Below, piece after piece: positions 44,340 through 56,701 of a stretch of DNA of 64,000 nt (position 1 is the stretch's first letter; every line of letters starts with the position of its first letter). Origin of the DNA: Eledone cirrhosa. Taxonomy: Eukaryota. The DNA lies in contig OZ024742.1 in the NCBI GenBank assembly GCA_964016885.1, forward strand, positions 325,066,001-325,130,000, read 5' to 3'. The notes under the pieces are model-generated. The model worked only from the letters and a program-made list of their open reading frames with translations. It ran no database searches and was not told the DNA's origin. The position numbers were made by a program, and so were the translations under genes.

Positions 44340-45387
44340 AGAAAAAAGGAGGGATAGGTGATACATATAGTTATTTGCCAAGTAGCGTATGCCAAAGATG
44401 CTCGATACTAGTGCCGGCAGTATTAAATATTCGAAGTGTTAATATTTAGTGGGCTAGAGAGTTAGCAGAGCGTAAGCACGTGGGAAAGTGAAAAATCGGA
44501 GAATAGATCGTTAAAACATGTTTATTGAAAATATCACCTACGTACGTTTCGCCCAGTTGGGCTTCTCAAGGGCATAAACAATCACAAGTGTTCCTTATAT
44601 AGTTTGGAAAGAGATTTGGGGGTTAAATCGACATCAAGATTCATTGTTCGCAAAAATATCTTGTTTTGATTTTACAGCAGGTCAAGGGAGGTAACTTTGG
44701 CCGGTGTTAGGGCAGTCTTTCCCGGATAATTTTTGGTATGCAGGGATCGTTTTCTGGGTGTTATTTTGCTGCGCCTGCCCGCCGGGGTGTTAAGACTAGT
44801 TGCAGGGAGATCCAGTGTGCTATTTCACTCTTCATTCTTAACCCATCTAAAGAAGGATATTTTTAAGCGATGTGTACAACTTATCGCTGTTTCAGCTCTG
44901 CTGTTGATGAGCTCGTGGGGTGCAGTTATGATTCAGTCATAACTGCACCCCACGAGCTCATCAACAGCAGAGCTGAAACAGCGATAAGTTTACACATCGC
45001 TTAAAAATATCCTTCTTTAGATGGGTTAAGAATGGAGAGTGAAGTAACACACTGGATCTCCCTGCAACAAGTCTTAACACCCAGGCGGGCAGGCGCAGCA
45101 AAACAACACCCAGAAAACGATCCCTGCATACCAAAAATTATCCGGGAAAGACTGCCCTAACACCGGCCAAAGTTACCTCCCTTGACCTGCTGCAAAATCA
45201 AAACAAGATATTTTTGCGAACAATGAATCTTAATGTCGATTTAACCCCCAAATCTCTTTCCAAACTATATAAGGAACACTTGTGACTGTTTATGCCCTTG
45301 AGAAGCCCAACTGGGCGAAACGTACGCAGGTGATATTTTCGATAAACATGTTTTAACGGTCTATTCTCCGATTTTTCACTTTCCCAC

Positions 45388-45389
<2 letters not shown>
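44340..45389. mobile_element. Fold-back copy of the Naiad-type PLE 3' end (~450-bp arms, 7-nt loop)
   Basis: 44478-44930 is the inverse of 44938-45389; homologous to 12037-12610 and 13310-13555; hammerheads at 44539-44569(-) and 45298-45328(+). Confidence 0.92.
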
Positions 45390-46362
<973 letters not shown>

Positions 46363-46979
46363 AAAACATCTATATGGCAAATATCGATATTGAAGACAGT
46401 GTCATTAACGCAATATGTGAATGGAAATAAAGTTATACATTATTTAGAAGTATCCACAAATATGGAGTAATGTTCCCAAACGCAGAAACAAACATTAGTT
46501 CTTTCTTTACACAAGCATACGTTTATTTATCATATGTAACTTTATACAACAGAAATTCTGATTGTTTGTTTGGTGTTATTGACATGTAACAATTACATAC
46601 CCGTAGAGGATTTAAGATTTTGGAATTTTCAAGTTAAACAGAACGCCTTACATTTGTCGCACAATCAGCAAAAAACGGTTGCGAAATGTATTTTGAATCT
46701 CTATTCTACAGTAAGAAAACATTAAATTATGTAACCCTAAATATATTATTTAAAAAAAAAACATTGAGATGTTGACCTAGGCTGGAGTTCAAATTGTCAT
46801 ACGTTTACTCAGTCCAAGTTGATCTGAAGTGAAAGAATAGCAAGAGGTAAAAAAAAATTAGCCAACACGAATCACAAACAACACCAAATCTTTATCCATT
46901 TCTTCCGAAACAATTACTTTCTATTACAAAGAATGTCACCGCACGGAACCTGGCAGGTATTGGGTTATGACATTAACTG

Positions 46980-47350
46980 TTTCTACTTTTTGGCACAAGG
47001 CCAGCAATTATTCCAGTGTATTACTGGTACTTTATTTTATCGACCCCGTAAGGATGAAAGGCAAAGTTAACCTCGGCGGGATTTGAACTCTGTCCGTAAA
47101 GGGAAGTAACTCTTTGTTGTAAAGCATGGCGTCCGACCCTCGACCGATATTGCCAATCCACTGTTAGCATATTACTGTAATAGAGTCGGGCGCCATGCTT
47201 TGCAGCATAGATTTATGGCCCTTTATGAACTGAGTTCAAATCGCGCCGAGATTAACTTTGCCTTTCCTCCCTACGGGGTCGATAAAATAAAGTACCAGTA
47301 ATGCACTGAGATAATACCTGGCCTTGCGCCAAAAGTAGAAACAATTATTT
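46980..47350. mobile_element. Head-to-head inverted pair of tRNA-derived SINEs
   Basis: Minus copy ~46980-47165 and plus copy ~47170-47350, each with box B and the cctttc.tcc.tacggggtcgataaaataaagtaccag core. Confidence 0.85.
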
Positions 47351-47785
47351 TCGATATCATGATCCTCTAGGGTCATATGGGTTAAACTGGTGTAATTTAG
47401 CACCTCAATCTACCAATCCTTTCACGGGCCAGGTTTTACGTTATTACTATATCATTACCCGTTCATTTTTGTGATGTAATCTGAAGTCCTATGCTTTTCC
47501 AATGAACTGGTCTTTAGAGGATGGTCTTAGTCAATCATATTACATCGTAGCATCTGACCGTACCAACACAGTACACTCCATCTGAACCAGATTCTTCAGA
47601 GTCAACATTACACAGTCCTGTCTACTGGACCTTTTGCTCTTTTGGGGTTCAGCGCATAACAAACCAACTACAACCAACTACCCTTTCTGCTGCGTAGGCA
47701 GCTAGGTTATAACAATAAGGTTATGGAGGAAGAGAAGGACAATGAAATTAAAGAGGTAGAAGAAAGGGAGGACAATGGAAAGAAA

Positions 47786-47822
<37 letters not shown>

Positions 47823-48065
47823 GTGTGTGTGTGTGTATGTGTGTGTGTGTATGTGTCAGTGTGTGTGTCTGTGTGTCAGTGTGTGTGTGTGTGTGTGGAT
47901 TCAGTTCTGAGATCTCGCTGTTGAAACTGTAGGTGCTCAGCGTTGTGGTCCCGTATTATTCAAATAAAGTTAAATAAAAAGTCAAATGTTTAAAATTTAG
48001 CTTCGTTTATTACTGCTATATATATTTCAGTGACAGCCATGTTATATATATATATATATATATAT

Positions 48066-48236
48066 AATCTGGTGACATCATCAGGTATTCGAAATATAAC
48101 AAAGGCATATAATAGACAAAATCCATGGGGCTGAAAATCAGAGACATGAGGGCGACCGAACATTTGCAAGGTTCTACACAGGTCGGCCGCCCTCGAGTGG
48201 TTAACCAACAAACCTATCCAGTGGTGAACTAACAAA

Positions 48237-48274
<38 letters not shown>

Positions 48275-48345
48275 CATACAAATTATCGTTTTATTTCACT
48301 TTTTATTCTTTATCTATACATTCATACATACATGCATACATACAT

Positions 48346-48430
<85 letters not shown>

Positions 48431-48605
48431 TACAAATTTTAGTACAGCATTAACGAAGCTTTAGGCTGCGGCTAAGCTAACGAATGCAAATTTGGAATGA
48501 AGCTTTAGCACTCGATAGAGAATAATACCCCAGAGAAATAACAATACGGGATCGGCAGTCCAGCCGCATTGCCATAGCAACGAAAATGATTGGACTCAGG
48601 AAAAG

Positions 48606-48651
<46 letters not shown>

Positions 48652-49189
48652 CATATACATATACGTGTTTTGCAACTGGTCACTTTGTGGCTCAATGAAA
48701 AAATTATAAATTAAACAATCAGAGCTATATATCATAAAACATGTCTATAGAATCACAAGATAAAATATATACTGTTTCCTCTCCCAATTAGCATAATTAA
48801 CTATATAAAAAATCGAATAGACCAGGCTATAAGAATGAGGCTTCTATGAAGGAATCTCCGACAAATAACCGAAACTAGCGCTTCGCGTCGGCCGTAGGGG
48901 AATATTTATCGAATATTTCGACAGCTTAATCGCCCAGTTATAGTCAACAAAACAGAATTAGGTTTAAAATAAACTATGAGAAAATAGAATACATTTAAGC
49001 TGTCGAAATATTCGATAAATATTCCGCTACGGCCTACGCGAAGCGCTAGTTTCGGTTATTTGTCGGAGATTCCTTCATAGAAGCCTCATTCTTATAGCCT
49101 GGTCTATTCGATTTTTTATATAGTTAATTATGCTAATTGGGAGAGGAAATAGTATATATTTTATCTTGTGATTCTATAGACATGTTTTA

Positions 49190-49226
<37 letters not shown>

Positions 49227-49445
49227 GGTTTGTTAGTTCACCACTGGATAGGTTTGTTGGTTCACCACTCGAGGGCGGCCGACCGGGGTAGAAGCTGCTA
49301 ATTGTTCGGTCGCCTTCATGTCTCTGATTCTGAGTCCCATGGATTTTGTCTATCATATTCCTTTGTTATATTTCGAATACCTGATGATGTCACCGGATTC
49401 ATACTGAACCCGGTCATTGAAATTATCATAGTATAATAAACCTTT
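48066..49445. mobile_element. Nested inverted repeats: outer PLE-like terminus pair and inner ~200-bp fold-back
   Basis: 48066-48240 is the inverse of 49225-49398; 48727-48929 is the inverse of 48995-49197; segments separated by (TA)n. Confidence 0.88.
49375..49436 (+). ncRNA. Minimal hammerhead motif (canonical core)
   Basis: atac CTGATGA ...accgg...ccggt... GAAAT TATC ATA gtat; stem I atac/gtat. Confidence 0.7.
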
Positions 49446-49478
49446 TAAGGAATTACACCAGTCCAGCCTCCTGTTATT

Positions 49479-49555
<77 letters not shown>

Positions 49556-49568
49556 ATATATACATACA

Positions 49569-49619
<51 letters not shown>

Positions 49620-50329
49620 GCACACACACACACACATACACACACACACACACATATATATATATAGTTCGTACATACACGCATCCCTTTTGGGTGTCTG
49701 TGAACAAAAATTTACATACAATTGATTTCCTATCATCTGTCTATTGGGAAACTCAACACCAGCTCTCCTAAGATTAAAAAGAAAGAAACGAAACGTAACG
49801 TAATATGAATCAAAAGCCACCACAAAATTAATATCGAGACATAACAGCAACACAAATTATTTATATTAAAGTGAAAACAATAAAAAAAATATTAACTTAC
49901 ATCAAGTGACATAAAATAATAACAATATCGTAATGTTTTGCAGAAGACTCTTCGTATTTGGCAGAAATTGTGTTATCGTTGTTTACATTTTTACATTTTG
50001 GGCTTATCTCCATTAATCATTTTTTATGGACAAATACACACGCACACTCATACACATACACACACACATATATATATATATACACATATTATATAATAGG
50101 TGAATAAAAAATAAATACTAAAATCAATTTGGTTGCTTTTATTTACATTTATATTACAAGTTTGTAACTCCATTCGGTGCTTTCGTTTTTAATTTTATTT
50201 GTTTTACAAAATGTTATGATGTATATTTTACCTCTAGATTATCAATTTATTTTTTCTTAATTCACTCGATCTTTTATTCTCACAATGGTTTCTATAAAGT
50301 CTATCCTACGTGTCTGGCAAACAGATGTA

Positions 50330-50645
50330 GGGAGATGCCGACAACACATGGTTTAGCGAATATACAAACTGCGGCAACTCTTTGAGAAATGGTAGGGTTA
50401 CTGCCAAGTGTTGTAATCTTGCTTTGCAGACCTCGAAAAAGCATATGACCACGTTCCATGGGACCCGCTGTGGACGTTTCTGCGGGATATAGAATCGTTG
50501 GACTGCTTCTGGTGGCCCTGATGTCGATACGAATGACCAAGTATTTGTGTTCGGATAAATGGTGTTAAGTTGAAACCATTCAAAGTGGGAGTCAGACTTC
50601 ATCAAAGTGCGTACTGTTCTTGTTCATAATCGTCATGAACAGGAC
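50330..50645 (+). pseudogene. LINE (RTE-like) RT fragment
   Basis: LRQLFEK...CFADLEKAYDHVP...LW; VRING....FKVGVRLHQ; LFIIVMNR. Confidence 0.75.
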
Positions 50646-51039
50646 TAAAATGCGCAGCCGAGTCTGAATTGGTGTCACGATCTGCTGGAATTTTCAGACG
50701 GCTTGGTACTACTTAACTCGTAAGAAAGTGATCTCCGACATGCACTTCATATGTTTGAAGCCGAGTGCTGCATGGCTAGATAAAACCCAGTGCTGCGCAG
50801 ACTGAGACACACATCCTTTCAAGGACGCCTGCGCACTGCACTCTACATTGAATGGAGTTCCACTGAAGTAGCTAGTGAAGACGAATAGAAGGCCATGGAT
50901 GTTATAGAGTGACATAGCAATTGTTGCATAAATTTGCGAACATTCGTGAAGAGTATCGGGGAAATGCCCTTATATATGTTATTCTGTTTTGGCCGAAGGT
51001 ATGTGTATATACTATACATTATATATATACTTCGATTTG

Positions 51040-51400
51040 TATGTGTTTTCCAAGATTGTTGATATGAAAATGTGTGTTGAAGCAGATATTGTTATACTTT
51101 GGGAGGGTCATGCTGCCTATAAAAACACGTGCACCAGTGATTTTCACTTCAGTTATTATTATAATTTTCCGACGGTTTAGATTAATAATCGGTTGGTTGT
51201 TTAGTTGTGAATTGTCAAAGCTCTTTCGTCACACATTCTGTGACATCTTCAATAATTGCTTTTGTTACTTTGTGTCGCTTCTTATCTTTATGAGCTGTGA
51301 AGCTGGACTGCACTTGCGTTACATCCGGCTGTATGTGTTTGTCTTTTTTCTTTCTTATTCGTCACTATTTAGTGGTCGCACTTGATTTTGTATCCTATAT
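51040..51400 (+). mobile_element. Diverged copy of the 1.8-2.9 kb repeat family
   Basis: gatattgttatactttgggagggtcatg and ctttcgtcacacattctgtgac are shared. Confidence 0.75.
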
Positions 51401-52439
51401 ATGTCTGTGTGGCGGGGATGGGTGTGACCAGGCTACGTATCTTATTCATTTTGTTCTTGTGTGTCTTTATATTCAGCTTAGTGACTGTGTTGTGAGGTTC
51501 TTATTGGTGTGGTGACAATAATAGGACAAACGGATACACAAGAGCAAAACTGATAAGATACATAAATTCCCGTCTTCAATGAAAGCTCATGACATTTCAT
51601 ATCATGTTATATGAAAAGGGTGGGAAACTTAAAACAGAAAATGTAAGTGTTAACTGAAGACGCTATTCTATCGATATTAAAACATTTGAAAATGCATGGG
51701 ATATTAAAGGAAATAAAAAATATTTCTACTACTGAACGTATTCATATATATATCTTGTTGCACACGATCTACTATTTGCTTCTCTCTCTGTTTTCCTTTC
51801 TCTTTATCCCTTAACTTCCTCTCTCTGCCATTGTTGTCAATATCCCATCAATCTTAATATTCGTTCTTCTAAGATTGAACCCATTCAAAGTGGCTATGAG
51901 TTATTGTTGTTATTGGTACCAATATTTACGCAATACTAAATAATTACCCGTGTTTTCGCTATTAGCTTCAATTTTACTACTACATATATAGATGTGTATA
52001 AACGTGTGTCTTACATTAAAACTACAATAATATATTTGTTTATTCTTTACTAAGTTTGTTTTCGATATTAATCTATGAATCATTTGCAATTCGATTGAAG
52101 CAGTAAATTCCACAAATAAATCATTGACGACTTTAGATTCGAAATGTGTTTGAAAGTGCTTCTATAACCAATTGATCGAACATTTTTCAATCCTCCATAT
52201 TACATTTGAGAGAACATACACATTCAGTATGAGAAAGAGATATTTGTACAAACGTGAGGAGGCAACACACTATAAGCTGACATTTAGTGGTTACGTTGGT
52301 AATAAATTTCATATTTTCATATATCATTAGTGTGTTCTTAGAAATAAAATGGTATACACACAAACACACACTCACACACACATACACACACACAAATACA
52401 CACACACACACACGTACGCTCGCTCACACACACACACGC

Positions 52440-52488
<49 letters not shown>

Positions 52489-52490
<2 letters not shown>

Positions 52491-53200
52491 AGGTGAGACA
52501 GCCTTATCGAGTGCTTTGCTGCACATTCCTAATTGTATACAATTGTATACAAAACTTAGATTTTATTAAACTTCCATAGGTATCATTATTTCCTAGACCT
52601 AATAATTAATAAATTAATTTAATTAGACAATTCTATTGATTGATTAATCATTTATGCTTGTTTAATAACGTCTAGTCGAGAGATTCTAAATCTTTTTTTG
52701 GAATGGAATCAATTCCTTTGTTCACACTTTTAATTTGCCCGCCAAAAACCGGTGGTTACTTCCCTTGTTGGGGAAAAAGCACGTGATAGGAAACATTTGA
52801 CTGTTACCATCGTAGAAGCCTACTGCTAAACTTCACACCGGTTAGAGGCACAGAACAGAAACCTGTTGATAACGTGAGCCCACAGTTCGGTCATCAAATA
52901 CCACAAAATTGCATATTGCGCAAGTAGGATTGTTGATTTCGGATTTCATAAAAACCTATCAGAGGTATTGGACAATACCGGTCGAGACGGTCCAGGTTTG
53001 TTATCTACCCTGATTATTTGTTTCGTTGCTTTGGTATTATGTGGCTAGGCTCGCCTGCCGCAGTTTTCAATTTGTCACGTTATCTAACGTATGTTATTAC
53101 TCTAAGGTGACACAGCCTTATCGAGTGCTTTTCTGCACATTCCTAATTGTATATCGTTAGATTGGCCACAGCCAAAACTTCGATCTTACTAAACTTCCAT
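52489..53200. mobile_element. Non-coding ~614-nt unit with ~90-nt terminal direct repeat between (TA)n tracts
   Basis: taaggtga.acagccttatcgagtgcttt.ctgcacattcctaattgtata...taaacttccat at 52489 and 53103. Confidence 0.75.
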
Positions 53201-53611
53201 TTATATATATATATATATTTAGTGGCGGACTGTCCAGGTTGCCCAATGGCGAGTGGGCACCAGGGGCCCATGGTAGCATTGCAAGAGCCCACAGTAGTAC
53301 TGCAGGGCCCACTGTAGTATTTTAGGGGCCAATGCTTTGCTTTAAAAAAATGCCTGATATCTAAGAGAAAGAATAAAATTTTGTAAAAAATAAATAAAAC
53401 AATTAAGCAAAGCATTTGGTCAACCAATTCCCCAGGCAATTACTAGATACCAAAATATATGATAGTGCAAATAGCTGGATCAGAGGTTTGTACATTCTAC
53501 TAAGTCTAAAGCTTAGTGTATTCATTCATGCAAGCTAACATACATATATAGACACAGATACACAAGCATCTATATATCTTTTTCTTCCTGATAATCGTCT
53601 TTTTCTCCCTG

Positions 53612-53689
<78 letters not shown>

Positions 53690-55386
53690 GAAAAATTGAA
53701 CAGGGACAGAACAGAGAGGCAGTACAATAAATGTTTATTAAATTCACGCTCAGGAGAGTGGGGGGTAGGTGGGGGACGACGTTTCGGGCATAGGCCCTTC
53801 TTCAGGTGAGAAGTGTGTGGGAACAGAGTTCAAAAGGTGTGAAGGGGAGTGGTGGAGAGACATATAGCGAAAGGAAACGGTGTGAATGAAAAATTAACAA
53901 ATAAAGACAAAAAATATAATAAATAAAAATAAAGCATGATCAAAATACAAGGAATGAGAAAATTTAAAAATAAAGGCATGATCAAAATAAACTGAAATTA
54001 AAAGGGGGGTAAACAGGTGGTGGAAGGGTGTGGGGTGAGTAGGGGTGGTGGCGGGTGGAGTGGGGAGAGGGAGACGGGGTGTCCGAGCGGGGAGGGCTGA
54101 AGGTGGTGTGTGTGGTTAGGTGTGCGTGTGTGTGTGTGTGTATGTGAAAGTGAGGGTTGGGGGAAGAACGGGGTTGCATGTTCAGGAAAGTGTGTGTGGG
54201 GGGTGTTTTTGTGGGTCGGAGTGTCTGTGTGTGTGTGGATAGGGGGGGAGAGGAATCAGGAGGCTGAGGGTGTAAATATGTGGTGGGAAGCACGTGTGTG
54301 TGGTTTAAGCGTGTTGTGGGTGTGGGTGGCGTGTGGATAAACAACATTTTTTGGGGGGTGTGTGTGTGGGTGAGTTATATAGGTGATGGTGTAAGAGGAT
54401 GGTTGAAAAGTTGATGTTTGGAGATTTGGTTAGAAGTCAATTTCGCGTGTGGGTAATCCAAGAAGCGGTGGTCGGAAGAGGAGAGATGTGGGGTGCGCGC
54501 GCAACAGGAAGTGGTCAGCAGTGGGAGTGCTGTGGTCAGTTGGTGCTGAGAGGTGGTCGGAAGGGCATAGCAGCAGTCGGCGGAATGGTAGGGAGGAGAG
54601 GATGGGTAGGTGTGTGAGTTGGAGTGAGGAGGGTGTGTGTGTGTGTGTGTGTGTGTGTATTAGTAGGGGTGTTAGTGGGATGAGTGAGTGTGGAGCGGGG
54701 AGAGAAGGGTGTGTGTGGTTCTATGGAGGGAGTGTGGTGTACTCGTGTGTGTGTAGTTTGGTGAAGAGGTGTTAGTGGGTGTTAGTATACGGGAGGTGAG
54801 GAGGGGTGGAATGCAGGTGTGAGTGGGGGTTAGTGGTGGTAGGGTGTGTAGAGTTGGTGGTGTACGAGGGTGTGGGTACGTGTGCGTGGGGTTGGGGGTG
54901 TGTTAGTGATGTTAGTTGCGTGTGGGGTGGGTGGTGTAAGTGGGTGCGTGCGTGCGTGTGATAAGGAGGGGGGAAGAGGGGAGGGAAGGGATGTTAGTAT
55001 GTTAGTTGGGGAAGGGTGGTCAGATGAGGGGTGGAGTGGAGGTGTTAGTATTGTTAGTGTGGGTTAGGCGGTGAAAAGGAGGGGTGTGTTAGTGGTGTTA
55101 GTGGGGGATAAGTGTGGGCGGAGGGGGGCGGTCGAACGCTAAAGGAATAAGGGTGGGGAGTTCAGGCCGGGGGGAGTGTGGGTCTGTAAGATGAAGATAG
55201 TGCGTTGTTCGACCGTAAGGCGATGGGCGGGTGTTCCGTGGCACTGGAGTAGGCCACAGACTGTGAGATGGCGTGCGGAGTGTCCAGGGCCACCAAAGTG
55301 TCGGGCGATGGGGGAACTGCCCCCGAGACGAATATCCCGGAGGTGCTCCGTGACTCGGTCCGCCAGGCGACGTCCCGTCTGTCCGA
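53690..55386 (-). mobile_element. 5'-truncated PLE: GIY-YIG tail, long 3' UTR and hammerhead
   Basis: Coding remnant 55139-55392; hammerhead at 53775-53805; (TA)n at both ends. Confidence 0.88.
53775..53805 (-). ncRNA. Minimal hammerhead motif (canonical core)
   Basis: CTGAAGA a gggc ctat gccc GAAAC GTC GTC. Confidence 0.8.
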
Positions 55387-55392
55387 TATATA
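55139..55392 (-). pseudogene. PLE GIY-YIG endonuclease C-terminal part
   Basis: YIGQTGRRLADR.TEH..DIR...PIARHF..P.HS...R...EQ..IF.L.T..P.GLN. Confidence 0.88.
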
Positions 55393-55401
55393 TATATATA
55401 T

Positions 55402-56701
55402 AAAACATGAGAAGAAAGAAGAATACTGCGTGGTTGCACATGGGTTACATATGATAAAAATAGTCCTTCGTCAGTGATTTTCCAACCTTCATTAGTATTT
55501 CATCGCATTAAAAATCATATACCTCAGGTTGGTGCGAGCAATAGCTAAATAAAGCTATTGGGATAAGTAAATCGCGTAAAGCGTGTGAGACAAGTAAACA
55601 ACATACAAGGATGAAAGCAACGCAAAGATAGGAATAAACAAGCAACATGGTTATCCGGTCACCAAAAGCTGGGTGATTTCATGATCGATCGTGATACAGA
55701 CCGTCCGACGTGAATGAGATGTGAGCAAGAAGAGAACCCACTACAAGCGAAACGGGAGGAAGTGAGAAGAGGAGAAACAGAGAGTGAGTGAGTGTAGGTG
55801 CGAGGAAGAGGTCAGTCGAGAAAAAGTGTAACTGACAGAGGGGGCGAAAGAAGGTGAGAGAAACAGAGAGAACGGGGAAGCAGTAAGAGAGAAACAGATC
55901 AACGTAGCCGAGGTAAATATATATAAAAAACATGAGAAGAAAGAAGAATACTGCGTGGCTGCACATGGGTTACATATGATAAAAATAGTCCTTCGTCAGT
56001 GATTTTCCAACCTTCATTGGTAATTCATCGCATTAAAAATCATATACCTCAGGTTGGTGCGAGCAATAGCTAAATAAAGCTATTGGGACAAGTAACTCGC
56101 GTAAAGCGAGTGAGACAAGTAAACAACATAGAAGGATGAAAGCAACGCAAAGATAGGAATAAACAAGCAACATGGTTATCCGGTCAGCAAAAGCTGGGTG
56201 AATTTCATGAGCGATTGAGAGACAGACCGTCCGACGTGAGTGAGATATGAGCAAGAAGAGAACCCACTACAAGCGAAACGGGAGGAAGTGAGAAGGGGAG
56301 AAACAGAGAGTGAGTGAGTGGAAGTGCAAGAAAGAGGTCAGTCGAGAGAAAGTGTAACTTACAGAAGGGGGCGAAAGAAGGTGAGAGAAACAGAGAGAAT
56401 GGGGCAGCAGTAAGAGAGAAAGAGACAAATGCAGCCGAGGTAAATATATATATAAAAACATGAGAAGAAAGAAGAATACTGCGTGGTTGCACATGGGTTA
56501 CATATGATAAAAATAGTCCTTCGTCAGTGATTTTCCAACCTTCATTGGTATTTCATCGCATTAAAAATCATATACCTCAGGTTTGTGCGAGCAATAGCTA
56601 AATAAAGCTATTGGGACAAGTAAATCGCGTAAAGCGAGTGAGACAAGTAAACAACATAGAAGGATGAAAGCAACGCAAAGATAGGAATAAACAAGCAACA
56701 T
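55402..56701 (-). repeat. Tandem array of ~2.5 copies of a ~527-bp structured non-coding unit (retrozyme-like)
   Basis: catgagaaga at 55406, 55931 and 56459; homologous to 7089-7746 on the opposite strand. Confidence 0.93.

Noticed and set aside
55402-56701. CRISPR array or SECIS interpretation of the tandem repeat
   Set aside because: Units are ~527 bp with no unique spacers in eukaryotic DNA; the tandem-GA motif has a 3-nt-bulge k-turn geometry and lacks the SECIS helix II and apical AA arrangement.
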